Shown: positions 25,929 to 39,576, numbered from the whole stretch's first letter. The stretch: DNA of 63,971 nt, filler included, from Reticulomyxa filosa (GCA_000512085.1; 15 parts of 15 records of this genome joined end to end with filler, not necessarily neighbours in it), one strand, 5' to 3'. A program made the numbers and translations. Notes: a model not told the origin generated them from the sequence alone.

Positions 25929-26525
25929 ACAAGGACAAGGACAAGAGAAAGAATCAAAATAAAAGTAAAAACAAGAATAAGAGCAAGGACAAGGACAAGG
26001 GCAAGGTCAAAAGCAATGGCAATAGCAACAACAATTCAGACAATGATGAAACACTTTGCGAAGACACGGAAATGATGAACTTACTTTATCCAAAGCGCAA
26101 TTATTCTCCCAACAACGACCAATTGATGGTCTTGTTAGGTGGACAAGCTGCTTGCTCTTCCAACAAAGACGATGGTCATGACTCACACGACACCGAAAAA
26201 AATGTTTCTATGCTGTGCGCATTATCTGTTCAAACAGTTTAACAAAAAAAAAAAAAAAAACGAGGATTGAGGAGAAAGAGGAGGAGGAAAATAAAATCAA
26301 ACTTTGTTGATGTCGAAACACAGAGTCACCAAAATGCAAAAAAGATGGAGCCAGAAAAAGAAGAAAAAGGACTTTTTGCCACTGCAAAGGCATTATTGAA
26401 GCACTCTGCCTTTCAAAAACTCAAAGCACAACAACCAAAGCAAAATACATCAACAAATCAAAAACAAAGCGTATGACAAAAGTCCCTCATTGCTTACTGT
26501 CAAAGATAGCAAAAGGTAATATACA

Positions 26526-26576
<51 letters not shown>

Positions 26577-27432
26577 GTATATGTATATACATATGAATTG
26601 ATCTGTATAGAGTGGTCGAGGACATGGTAATGTCCCCAGACGGACGCTATGCAGCTTTGACAGACTCGTTAGGCAGAATATCAATATTCGACTGTGTCAG
26701 TTTGAGATTGGTACGACTTTTCAAGGGCTACCGACACGCACAGGTGGGATGGGCATTTGTCAATTCGGACGTGTTGGAACTTACAACAAGTGATATCAAA
26801 CCTCGACGACCGCGGCCTCCGGACACAGCAGCATTGGAATCACTGCCCGCTATATCTCCAGCCGAGGATGACCTTCCGAAAAACCATGACTTTTTCCGAT
26901 CTCAAAATGTAAGCTCGCCATTGTCATACTACGAAGCGAACGGTAATACCGCAAAGCAGACACCCACTCCAATCCCTGCCACGACCCCACTGCAAATGCT
27001 AACTCCAATTCCAATTGCAATTTCAACGCCAACCGCATCTCTCTCCTCGTCTGCACGAGGAACCTCAACTGCAACTGCAACTGCGACAGCTACGACCACA
27101 AGGACGCCCGCTTCTGCATCAGCAACTCCTCTTCCGACGCCCCTGTCACCTCAAAATAACAACAACACCGTCAATGGACATGACTCGCCACGTCGCTGCA
27201 ATCCAACGGATTCCACTCACAAGTCCGCTGTGGCTTCAACTTATGCCAGAGTCCACTTTAATCTCCCGAGCATTGTCATTGACCCCGACACGATACATTC
27301 GTCTCATTTCGACCCGTCCACCCCGACCATTGAACAATACCGTAAACACCGAATTAAAAGCAGGAAAAGAGCTAACGATCTGATCGATATAAAGTTTTGA
27401 CCTTTGTATTGTACATACATATATGTATATAT
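25929..27432 (+). CDS. RAB3GAP2: Rab3 GTPase-activating protein non-catalytic subunit (RAB3GAP2)-like, partial
   Basis: VEDMVMSPDGRYAALTDSLGRISIFDCVSLRLVRLFKGYRHAQVGW matches the conserved RAB3GAP2 N-terminal motif SP...AA.TD.LGR...D.....VR.(W/F)KGYR.AQ.GW. Upstream exons are separated by a (TATATG)n intron. Confidence 0.8.
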
Positions 27433-27674
27433 NNNNNNNNNNNNNNNNNNNNNNNNNNNNNNNNNNNNNNNNNNNNTTAATTAATTAANNNNNNNNNNNN
27501 NNNNNNNNNNNNNNNNNNNNNNNNNNNNNNNNAAAAAAAAAAAAAAAAAAAAAAATGAAAAAAAAAAAAAAAAAAACATAACTTCATCATTCTTGTAGTC
27601 TTCTTTTTCTTTGTTCTATTTGAAATGAATGATTCACGGACAAAATAAATTTTTTTTTTGTGTGTAGTATTCAT

Positions 27675-28712
27675 TTAGTCAATTTTATTTTCATTTTGTT
27701 TTGCAAGATAATATAACAAATTACAATTCATATTTACCACATTATCATCTTCTTTCATTTGTAGCTCTTCCTTTTCTTTTTTATTCATCCATTCCTCCAC
27801 TCTCGTTTTTATATGTGCTTCTCCACACATTACATGCACCCATTTATTATCTTCACTCAATATTGCAGCACTAGCAGCCGTCTTAAACGGTAAAGTAGGT
27901 TTAAATGTCGTCCACTTCTTTTCCTTTATTGAATACTTGTACACTGAGTTTGAGTACTCAGAATAGTTGAGCAATCCTCCAAAAAACAAGATGCAATTAT
28001 TAACATGCACATAAGCATATCCACTGAACCCTGCAACATCATCACAAACAGGTAAATCTTTACATGTCAATTTATTTTTATCTTCGTCATATTTTATCGA
28101 TAGTCCCGCCTTTTTACAAAATAACACCATTTCATTGATTTTATTTGCTGTTCTTAATACGAAACAACTATTGCCATTAATCGGTAACTTGCTATGATTC
28201 ACATATTCACATGTATTTAAATCAAGCACGCTGATATTATTCGGTTCGTATGTGATGAACAACAAATTATTATTGCTTCCACCAATCAATGCACGTGGTT
28301 TTGAATAACTGTCTAATTTCTCAAGTATAACGGGTTTGTTTTGTTTGTCAGTGAATTCAATCCATTGATTGTTGTCTTGTGAAATATATTTTTCTTCATC
28401 CCAAACACTCACATATTTCATTATCAATATATGTTTTCCTCCATTTCCTTGTCCAAAAGACAACAAAGTGACATCATTTGAATCATTGTTATTTATAATT
28501 TTCACCACACTTTCTGTAGTTGTAATATACTGTGGATAATAACAAACAAGTTTGTACTTTTGTTTCACTGTATGATACGAATACCATGCACGTCCACAAA
28601 TGAGAATTTCGTCTTTGTGAGCGACACACTGACCACTACAACGGTCAGGCAAAACAGGTAAAGTAAGAAAAGGGTTCTCCGTATTAGTTGCTATTTGGCT
28701 CTGGTTTCCCAT
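27675..28712 (-). CDS. Kelch-repeat (beta-propeller) protein with MGN N-terminus (possible myristoylation)
   Basis: 345-aa intact ORF with QCVAHKDEILICG, RALIGGSNNNLLFITY and YAYVHVNNCILFFGG...NSVYKYSIKEKKWTTF kelch motifs. Confidence 0.8.
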   Translation of the reverse strand: MGNQSQIATNTENPFLTLPVLPDRCSGQCVAHKDEILICGRAWYSYHTVKQKYKLVCYYPQYITTTESVVKIINNNDSNDVTLLSFGQGNGGKHILIMKYVSVWDEEKYISQDNNQWIEFTDKQNKPVILEKLDSYSKPRALIGGSNNNLLFITYEPNNISVLDLNTCEYVNHSKLPINGNSCFVLRTANKINEMVLFCKKAGLSIKYDEDKNKLTCKDLPVCDDVAGFSGYAYVHVNNCILFFGGLLNYSEYSNSVYKYSIKEKKWTTFKPTLPFKTAASAAILSEDNKWVHVMCGEAHIKTRVEEWMNKKEKEELQMKEDDNVVNMNCNLLYYLAKQNENKID

Positions 28713-29075
28713 TTTTGTTTCTGTTGAATAATTTCAAAATTGGAGTTAAACAAGGTTTTCTAAATTAAAAACTCCAAAAGAATTTTCTTGTTTTTTAAAG
28801 TTTGTTGAAACAAAAAATTTCATGACAAAAAAAAAATGAAATTTGAAGTCGTTTTAGTTGATTTTAAATTATTAAGAACAGAAAGTCTTGATTGAACCAC
28901 ATGTAAATTGATGGCAATTGTATGAAGTTTTGCACCTATCTGGAAAGCATGCTTTACTTTTAATTTTATAAGTTAAAAGCGTTTCTCTTGTGAATGGTCC
29001 CCCCCTTTGCATGACACATTGTGAAAATCTATTTGAAATTTGCTTACCCATTGCTACATAATAAGTTTTAGAAAA

Positions 29076-32000
29076 ATGACGTTGTGGGCAGGTTGTTTGC
29101 GGGTATTGATTCTACACTTGCTATTCACTGTCGGGTACGCTCAGGTTACTGGGGACCATATCACGATCCACGTGGTAGCCCATACGCATGATGATGTAGG
29201 TGAGTGTTTCCAATCCAAACTGTATCCATATGCATTGCACGTTTTTTGAGAAATTTAGCAAAGTGTAAATAACGTCGGTGTTTGCAAGAGAATCACAATC
29301 CCAAATAATAAATAAATAAAATTTAAAAAAATATAATTAGGTTGGTTGATAACAGTGGATGAGTACTACATTGAAGAAGTGCAATGGATATTGGATACAA
29401 TGATCCCAGTGTTGTTAGACAATCCCGAGCGTAAGTTTTCCTATGTGGAGCAAGCATATTTTTCGCGTTGGTGGAACGAACAAACGGCAAGCACACAAGA
29501 AAAAGTTCGACAGTTGGTGGCAAATGGACAGCTGCAATTCAACTTGGGAGGTTGGGCAATGAATGACGAGGTGCATTTTTTTTTCATTATTATTATTATT
29601 ATTATTGTTTAATCCTATAACACATGCATATTCAAAATAACATGTATACGTAATATGTATACGTAATATGTATATAGGCATGTCCGACATTGTCCGAAGT
29701 GGTACGACAGATGACTGATGGACAGCAATTCATATTGAGACAATTTGGTGATAGCGGCCGTCCGACGGTGGGATGGCACATCGACCCGTTTGGACACAGC
29801 TATGTGACGGGAGGACTGTGGAGCGAGGTGGGGTTTGACGCCTTTGCGATGTGGCGCATCAATTACAGGCAGCAAGAGCAGCGACAGCAGCAGCAAAACC
29901 TGGAGTTTGTGTGGAAGGGTTCGTCGTCATTGGGAGATCAGGGTTACATTTGGGTCCATCTATTTGTTAATTTATATATACACATATGTATACGTATTTA
30001 TAAAAAAAAAAAGAACCCCTTTTTTTTAAAAAAATTAAAAGTTACAAAAAAAAAAAAAAGAACCCCTTTTTTTATTAAAAGAGTTCACAAAAAAAAAAAA
30101 AGGAAGATTCTGGGTATTGTGCACCCAATGAAATATCGTTTTATTGGAGCACTTTCATTCAAACGGACCCTCGACTCCCTTCGTACCCAACAAACTACAT
30201 CCAACTAGCCGAGTCGCTGATGGAGGATGCACGCACGCGCAGAAATTGGTACCGACACGAGCACGTGCTGATGCCCTTTGGATGCGACTTTGCGCATCAG
30301 AATGCGTACCAGTCGATGACGCAGATGGACAAGTTGATGGAGTACATGAACAGCAACGCGACGTATAACGTGACAATAACGTACTCGACGTTTGCGGAGT
30401 ACGTGCGAGCAGTGAACCGATTGAACCTGACATGGAGCTTGGAAAGCACTGATTTCTTTGCGTACGACGACAGCCCGCATGCGTGGTGGACGGGCTATTT
30501 CACGTCCGTCCGCAGCTCAAACAATACATTCGCAGTCGCGAGAACGTGCTGCGACCCGCCGAACAGTGGTTTGCATTCGCCCAAGGATTGGACCTGTTCC
30601 GATTGTATCCCGATGTTTTCAATCAAACGCTCATCCTCAACAACATCACCTATTTAAGGAACGCCTTGGATTGTGCGCAGCATCATGATGGCATTAGTGG
30701 GACGTCCACACAAAGCACGACCAATGACTTTATGTACATGCTTCAACAAGGAACTGATGTTCAGTTGTTGTTTTGTTTTTTTTTTAAAAAAAAAAAGGGG
30801 ATGTCAAAAATGAACTTTTATTAAAAAAATGATAATAATAATAATAATAAGAGAGTGCTTCCATTCACCGAACAAGTCGCTCCTTATTATTTGAAAAAAG
30901 GCTCAAACATCCCGACATTAGTGAGAAATGAGTCGTTGATCAGCTCGCTGAGCAATGACAATGTGTTGGTGGTGGTGCTGTACAACTCGCTGGCTTGGGC
31001 AGTGACGGAAATGGTCGAAATTGGCAGCAACGTCTCCCAGGTGTCGGTGTTCGACTCCGGTGGAAATGAAATTGTGTCTCAGGTGAACCAGGTGACGCAA
31101 TATGCACAGCCGTTTTCCACTCCTTGTCATTACATCATCTTCTTTCAGGCCGCTTTGCCACCCTTGTCGTTCTCCACCTTTTTTGTCGCACTTGCCGATT
31201 CCGATATTGCGGCTTCTCGTTCCAGCCTCGCCAAGGTCCATCGTGTTCAATCCTTGTCTTCTTATTCCATTGGCGATGCCTACTACTCCTTGAATTTCTC
31301 CGTCGATTCGCAAAACCATGGCGTGTATTTGACCGGCTTGTACAACCGCGGCCTGGCCAAGTACTTCCCTTTGAACAATACCTGGGCACAATATATTTCC
31401 ACTGGCGGATTGTATTCCGATGGATTACAGGTGCTTTTTTTTTCCCTATTCCTTCTGTTTGTTTTTTGCTTTTTGTGTGTAAGATGTGCTTTTTTTTTAA
31501 AAAAAAAAGAAAGAGGAAGGAACTGACGAAAGGGGTTTTCCTCTTTTTTTTTTTTTTTTTTTTGATGAAAGACGATGAATGAATGAAAAACATGTTAGGA
31601 CTCGGGACATTATATCTTTCGGCCGGCACAAGATAATCGCTATACCCTTGCCAGTTCCACTGGACTGACAGTTGTGAACACACTGGCATTTCGACAGCCC
31701 TTTTCGAGTGCTCAGCCGGCCCCGGGCTTCATTGTCGCCGCTCACGGAGATGGGCAATATAACGATACCTTTGTCCCAACTGTGTGTGGATATGACTTGG
31801 GCGTTGGCAACTTCACGTATCGATACCATCGAGTGGACGGCGGGTCGTATTGGGGACAAAACCCTTCCATCGACTTCTTGGTCTTTGATTCCAGTCAAAA
31901 GAATGAGTCATTTCACTTTAATGCAAAACAGAGAACAGTTTTGTGGAATTGTCAATACTATACAATATATACGTATACATATGTAACCATATACATATAT

Positions 32001-32844
32001 GTACATATGAAATGAGCAAACTTATAAATGAACAGTACGGAACCGTGTCTGTCAGTGCGAAACAATCGCAAAGTCAAAAGGTGAACATTGCCTTTTCAAA
32101 AGGGGCTTATTTGGAGACGCCAGCACTGGTCGTGTCGGTACGCGGTAGTGACTGTTCCTCGGGCGCGAGCTATGCAGCTGTCATTACTTCCATTGACACC
32201 AATGGGGCCGATGTAATGATCACGCGCATCGACTCCAACAGTAATTGGGACGAAGATGTGTTTTGGATTGGTTTGCCTGGAATTCGATGGAAAGTTCCAA
32301 TAATGGTATATGACCATTCGTGTTGTTGCAATATAATATTTTTTTAAATCGAAATAAATAAACATATATGCATATACATATATAAATTTACATCAGCTTT
32401 ATTTTCCAATGGAAAAGCGACATTGACAGTGCCAGCGAATACAAACAGTGTAATAAATATAAACTTTACGTTTGGCAACTCGAGTGACTTTGTGGTGAAT
32501 GAGCCAGTGGTATTGTACTCGCTGCAGCAGATGACCCCCAATCCCAATGGCGGGACTGTGTACAATGTGGCGACTACGAGTGTGTACAATGGGAAGAAAG
32601 GCTTTGGGCTGAATGTGTTCCCAGTCTCTTCATTTACAACCAGCGTCACGTATCAGGTCACATTTTTAGCATTTGAAAGAAATGTGCTGTATCGAAGCAT
32701 TAATCCTCCTGTCGATGTTGTCTTTATTGAAGGCCCATTGGTTAGTGAAATGCAGCAAGTGTGGCAGGCCAATTACTCACAGACTTATCGTGTGTTCAAT
32801 GTTGACTCCGACGATTTCAAATACGTTGATGTTTCGTTTGACTT
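29076..32844 (+). CDS. Glycoside hydrolase family 38 alpha-mannosidase (lysosomal type), multi-exon, 3'-truncated by contig end, with a large internal insertion
   Basis: Signal-peptide-like N-terminus; Zn motif HTHDDVG|WL; GQLQFNLGGWAMNDE; nucleophile motif WHIDPFGHS; PFGCDF; WWTGYFTS[R]P; AQHHDGISGT; VLYNSLAW; SGHYIFRP; GPLVSE. GT-AG introns, e.g. 29200-29340 and 31431-31598. Confidence 0.93.
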
Positions 32845-34207
32845 NNNNNNNNNNNNNNNNNNNNNNNNNNNNNNNNNNNNNNNNNNNNTTAATTAATTAA
32901 NNNNNNNNNNNNNNNNNNNNNNNNNNNNNNNNNNNNNNNNNNNNATCTCCATAAAAAAGTATGAATGGTTGTTTTCATTTTCCATTCATTTCTTTGAAAC
33001 TTTTTAATCATTTCAAAACAAGAAACCTTTTCTGTGATCATAATATTTAATAACTAAACAAGCATAAAATGATTTATTTCGATAATGAAAAAAAAATATT
33101 TTTGACTGAACTATGATTATGATAGTACAACCCAACAATATACCCATTATGCGAAATAATATAATATCAAAAATGAGATGGTCTGGTAACTCAAAGAGAG
33201 CATGCGTCTGCCACGAAATGTGGTATCCAAAGACGAATGTTGGAGTGTTTTGCACCAACAACATGTTGGAGTGTTTAACATCAACAGCATTTATCTGAAA
33301 CAATTCTCAGAAATGATCAGAGGCATAGTGACAGTTTCCATACTAAAGTGCCTTAACAGTGATATAAATCTTGATGAAAACTCAGGCAGTTCGCATAGAT
33401 GTGAGTGCAAGTCTCACCCAGACTAATATATAATTTTTTTTTTATTAACAAAAATAAAAGAAAAATGATTAAATACTTTCTCTAAAGTAAATGTCTTTAC
33501 CAAAAAAAAAAAAATATTATTTGAAAGAATGTCCGAACAATCTGTCAATTTTTTAACAATCTTTATCTTAGATATATTTTCGATTTTGCAAAGTGTTAAT
33601 ATCAAATAACTTTGTTAGTACTGTGGGACGTCAGCTGCACTAAATGTAATACGAAAAGTTTTCTACCTGAATTAGTTTTTTTTTTGTCAAGAACAGCAGA
33701 AGGAGTTGACAAAAATATTTTTGTAATGAGTTAGTTGTTTGAGTATTTCGAATTCAAACACTATGATATCAGAAAAATATTTCATAAAGCACAATGATTA
33801 TTAAAAGAATTGAGAAAAAAACCAAAAGATCAACAACCAAAAGCCCACAAACGTGAAGTTGTCTAAAGGCAATGAACAAAAAAAAAGGAAAGATTACTCT
33901 ACCAAAAACTCATCAATTCCACAATTACAAAAATATAACACGAGTTGTCTTCCACTGAACGATAAAATGGAAAAAATGAAAGACAAATAACAAATGTATT
34001 ATTTTTCCCCTTCTTCCTCTCTGCTTTTTCTTTTCAATTTCTTTTATCAACAAGTTTGTGTCCTCTGCAAACAAAAAAAAAAATCAAAAAGCGTGGCTGA
34101 GAAATGCACGTGGAAGAGGGAAACAAAAAAAAGAGTTTGTGTGTTACATTTAATTTTTGTAGCGGATAAAGTAGCGCTCTATCAATGGTCAATGACAAAA
34201 AAGGCGA

Positions 34208-35328
34208 TTAATCCTGTGCAGAAGGTATCATCATCAAAATATCCGGATCGATACTGGCCAACAAAGCATTCCGTTCCCGAGTTCCTTCAGACGATTCATC
34301 TTCCCATTCTTGTTCTTCCTCATCGTCATTATCATTGTTTCCATCGTCGTCATGATTACCTACTGACCCATTTTGTTGTTCATCTCCTTCCTCATCTCTT
34401 CTTCTATCAACATCACTATTTTGATGTTGTAAGACAATATCAGCATCGAGAGTGTCGTCGACAGGATGTGGAGTGATAGTGGACGTCGTCGAAAGTTTAG
34501 AGCGAGTGTGCTTGCGACTGTGGCTATGATGATCATTATCGTGATCTTGATCATGATCGATATTGACATTGGTATTGGTATTGGGATTGAGATTGTGGTC
34601 GTGCGATTGGTTAGACTTTATCGGTGAAATGGTATGTCTGGATCTGAAAGAATGGCTTTTTTTACGCGAGTCGAACGTGCAGAAGGGGGAAGATTTTTGA
34701 AAAACGTTACAATGGTTTGTTTATCATGTTCCGTCATCCCAACGCTCGGTTGTGTTCGCAAAAAGTGTCCATCGATCATAGGTCCGCTCAGTCCAAAGTC
34801 GTCCACAATTAGGTAATTGTATACATTGAAGTTTTGTGCTTTCGACCGCCACACTTTCATGACTCGTTTTGTCGACGAAGTAGGCACTGGCGAAAGCGTT
34901 GCTGCCAACGTGCGTGCGTTGCCGACAGATCCTCCATTTGTCGCGTGCTTTTCATCGTCGTGGTCGTCGGCATCATCCTTGCTATGTACGTTGGAAGTCG
35001 CGGGCTCATTCCCAACACTGCTGTTATTGTCATCGCTGTCCTCGAGTACGTGGGGCTTGCCACATGCAGGCTTTGTCGTCTTTGCAGTGGACACGGGTGT
35101 GTTTGTGATTGTAATCGTCGGCATGGGTAGCTTAATGAACACTTTGGGATGGACGGGAGTTGTCACATTGTCACGGGATGAGTGTGCGTGACCATTCGTT
35201 GTCGACAACACTGTTTTGCTTTCCACTGGGGAGAGCGAAAGTTTGTGTTGCAAGTGAGTCGTTGCCGATTCGTGAACTTTTCCACCATTTTTATTTGCAT
35301 TCTCGTCCTCGTTTTCTTTTTATTCGTA
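34208..35328 (-). CDS. Hypothetical low-complexity protein, 3' part
   Basis: 211-aa ORF 34618-35253 continues after an apparent frameshift into a His/Asp/Glu-rich tail ending MIPSAQD-stop near 34208. Confidence 0.45.
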
Positions 35329-36174
35329 NNNNNNNNNNNNNNNNNNNNNNNNNNNNNNNNNNNNNNNNNNNNTTAATTAATTAANNNNNNNNNNNNNNNN
35401 NNNNNNNNNNNNNNNNNNNNNNNNNNNNCGACTTATGGCGACCCATCAAGGTAAGATTTTATAAATATGCTCTTTTGCTTTTGAACAATTTTCTTTATTT
35501 GATAGATTACTTGAATGGAAGGAAAGATACCAAATTTAGTTCTACCAACGCCGACTTGCCAACACGCAAAATTGGAGATATTATTTCAAAAATTAAAGTC
35601 TGAATTCCCCGAGAAAGTAGCAAAATGAACAGAAATATTTTGACATCAATTAAATCAATTGGTGTGTTCGAAGAAAAAAATATAGGCAAATCAATTTGCT
35701 AAATTGACTTAATTGCAGTGTTGCAAATGTAGTTTTTTTTGTTATTTTATTTTTAATTATTGTTTCAACAATTTTTTTATTTATTATTTTTTTTTGGTCT
35801 AGTTGAGTCATTGATCAATCCAATGACAATTTTAATTCTTCAAAATCTGATACAGTATTTGTTGCTGTTTTTGAATTTAATCACAAAACTGTTGTAGAAG
35901 TATTTATTCATTTGATTTTTCCATATATTTTATAGGACAACTTGAACATCACGAAATATCCTTACATATTAAAAAAAGTGATTGGTGGTGAAACAGCTCT
36001 TGTTTTGGTATTTTTGTTTCAAACAACGATGATTCGAAAATGGTACTCACATGTTTGGAATCCTGAAGAATATAGAACAAGTGAGGAAAGTGGAATAAAG
36101 AAACAAAGTAAAAATTAAAGAATTGGATGTAAGTGTTAAACGAGTGAGAAAAAACGTTCTTTTTTTGTGTCGCA

Positions 36175-38400
36175 AAAACTTATGAAAGTGATGTCACTGA
36201 ATAAAACGTTTTAGCCAACTCTTCTTTGAAAAAAACAATTACAACTCAAATTTTAACTTTAGTTCGTTAACTTTGACAAAAGTTACTTTCCAAAAAGTTC
36301 AGGGTATATGGTATTTGATTTAACACACATTTGGACTGCTCAAAAATATCAGCCATATCGTTTCTTATTTTTGATTTGTTATTAAATTAATAAAAAAAAC
36401 ACAAAAATTTTATTTTTTTCTGTAATGATAATAAGTTATTTTAGTTAGCGAGTTTTTTTTAAAAAATACCCTTGAAAAAATATAGAAAAACAATCAAAAA
36501 CAATAAATAAATAAAATTGAAAGCAAAATATATCATTTTTACAAATTTTTTTGTGGTTGAGCAAAACAACTTTTTTTGATTTAATTATGGCAAAAATCGA
36601 AGTTTTCGTTCAGTTATTTTGTTTGATATTGGGAGAGCCCCCTTTGGGTAATGTTGAAAATGTCGTGTTGCGGAAATTTTGAGACCTCGGCACAGAAAAC
36701 AAAGCATATCAACGTGTTGGAGGTTTGTGATTTTGAATACGAAGAAAGATTTGAAAGTTGTTTCTTCGACACGTTTCAAACTCTTAAGAATGTCGGCAAG
36801 AACGAAGAAAAGAAAAAGATTTAATACGAAACGAGTAATTGAAGAAGGAAGAATACAATGGTTTTGCAGTATGTAAAAGCTACTCGTACGCTCACCATTT
36901 GCGAGAATGGTTGGATGAAAAAAAAATATGGTGCGAATATGAGCGATCAAGCGTCACTCGCAATGGATTGGACGTATCCAAGCTGACCAAAAAAAAGGCC
37001 CACGGAATGGTGACGAGATCTCGCACTCTTCGCATTTTTATCATATCAGCAATTAAAGACTTGATGAATGCAGTTTGGTTTCAAGTTTTTTTTTCTTTTC
37101 TTTTTTTAGGCGCAAACAAAAACTTTTTTTTTACGTATATCCAAAAAAGAAATTTTTTTTAATATGATGAAATTATTGATTGCAGAATTTTTTTGGCAAT
37201 GCTCAAGGATTGGATAAATTCTATATGAGATTCGTATGGACAGTAAGGGCATTGTCTAAAAATATTTGGATTCAAAGTAATCGTCGAACGAAGTGGTGAT
37301 CAATGTAAAATTGATGTCTTCACGGGAAGAGTCATATAGAACGAAAATGAAGCGTTAGGAGAGTGGAATGAAAGAAACTTTAAAAAGTGATGTTGCTGAA
37401 TAAAACATTACATCAAAGCACTCTTTGTAAAAAACAACTACGACTCGAATTTTAACTTTGGTTCGAAAAAGGTTACTTGCTGCACTTTCCAAAAGTTCTC
37501 AAAAACACAAGTAGTTTCTTTTTTTATTTTTTATTTGTTGCCAAATTAATGAAGAAAATACAAAAATTTGATTTTTTTTTTTATAATGATAACAATTTAT
37601 TTTGATTACCTAGTTTTTTTAAAAAATTCATTGATGGAAAAAATAGAAAAAAACAATCAAAAACAGTCAATAAATATAATTCAAAGTAAAATATACCATT
37701 TCAACAAATTTTTTTGGTAATTAAACAAATGAACATTTTTTTGATAAAATTATATAAAAAATTGATGTTTTCGTTCACTTATTTTGTTTGATATAGGGAT
37801 GGACCCCTTTGGGTAATGGTGAAAATGAAGTATCTCACAAATGTTGAGGCCTTGCCACAGAAAACAAAGGATATCACGGTGTTGATAGTTCATAATTTGG
37901 AATATGAAGAAATCTTTAGTAGTTATTGTGTTGACGCATCTCTGGCTGTTAAGAACTCAAGCAAATCGAAGATAGCAATGAAGAAAAGAAAGAAGTTGCT
38001 CAAGATACGAGAAATTGAAGAAGAAAGAAGCGCAAAACTTTTGCAGTTGCGTACAAACTATGCACGTGCAATCAAATAAAATACAAGAGTGATTGGATTA
38101 GAAAAAAATTGTAATACGAAGCATGGTCGTCCAAATGCGCAAATCGTGGTGGAATTTGACGTATTCAGTTCAACAGACTGCTGTCTTCCAGCTAGAAGGA
38201 AGCAATCTGCATAAGTGAATTGATGACCAAAGAAGTTTGATTTTTAAGTTTTTTTTTTTTGAGTGTGCAAACAAAAATTTGTATGTTTACGTATATCTAA
38301 AAAATAATTTCTTTTTTTTTTTATATGCTAAAATTCTTTGATTGCCGATTTTTTCTGGTGCTACTTATGAATTGGATAAAGTTTATGGAAGCATTGGATC
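36175..38400 (+). repeat. Diverged direct tandem duplication (~1.2-kb period) carrying two decayed gene copies
   Basis: AAAGTGATGT..CTGAATAAAAC (36186/37384) and GTTTTCGTTCA.TTATTTTGTTTGATAT.GG...CCCCTTTGGGTAATG.TGAAAATG (36602/37767). Predicted peptides MLKMSCCGNFETSAQKTKHINVL vs MVKMKYLTNVEALPQKTKDITVL, both interrupted by stops. Confidence 0.85.
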
Positions 38401-39576
38401 AAACAAAGATATATGATGTCCATACGTCAAGAAACTAGATTTCGTATAAGTTGGTATCATACAGAAATTTTGACTACAATTTGTCACCGTTTTGTTTTTT
38501 CCAATATCATTGTTTAATCAAATTTTGAATGTGTTTTGTATACATATAACTAGAAGAATGAATTGACGGAATAAATCAACGTGGTGATTGCAGAAGAGAG
38601 AAAAAGAGAATCAAAGAATAAATGAGTACAGAAATGGAAGCTTTGATTGTTTATATCATTGTTGATTACACATTGTCAAGCGATTGCTCATCAGTCTCTT
38701 TGTATGAATGTTAAATTTTCTGTGCATTTGTGATTTGTGTTATATTATATAATAATCTTTCAACGAAATTTAAAAAAATAGATTTACAATTTGTCAAATA
38801 TCTTGTGCTTCGAATGCTAATTTGGTTATTTCAAACACGAAAATATCATTTAATGCACAATCACAAATGATATCAATATCAATTTTATCAATCCTTGACA
38901 TTACCTAAGCATCAATTAAATCAATTGGGACGTGAAGAATAAACTAAAATCATGAGCCAATCAATTTGTTAAATTACTTCAATAGCAATTTTGATAAAAT
39001 TTGAAGTGTAATTTTGTTATTATTGTTATTGTATTTTCAATTGTGTTTGTTTATATAGTTTTATCATTTCCTTTGGCTTTGTTAAGTTACTGATCCGTGT
39101 AACAACGATTTTAATCCTTTCAAATGTGGCAGAATATTTAATAAAGGTATCAGCTAAATAATTGAATAAATACAATTTAATTAAATACTTGTAAAAAGGA
39201 GGATTTGCTGTTTTGGGTCTAATCATGGTGCTGTTACACTTTCCTACATTCTTTTACAGAACAACCTGACAAACCAATGGAATCCTTAAATATTAAAAAA
39301 AAGTGATTAGGAATATGGATGATTCTATTAGTGAAACAGCTTCTGCTTTGACATTTTTGCTTTAAATAAAAATACCAATTTGAAAGTGGCACTCACATAT
39401 TTGGAGGAGTCATGGAGAATAGATAGTAAAGTGTCAAGGAGAGTCGAACAAAGAACACAGGACACTCAAATAAAAANNNNNNNNNNNNNNNNNNNNNNNN
39501 NNNNNNNNNNNNNNNNNNNNTTAATTAATTAANNNNNNNNNNNNNNNNNNNNNNNNNNNNNNNNNNNNNNNNNNNN

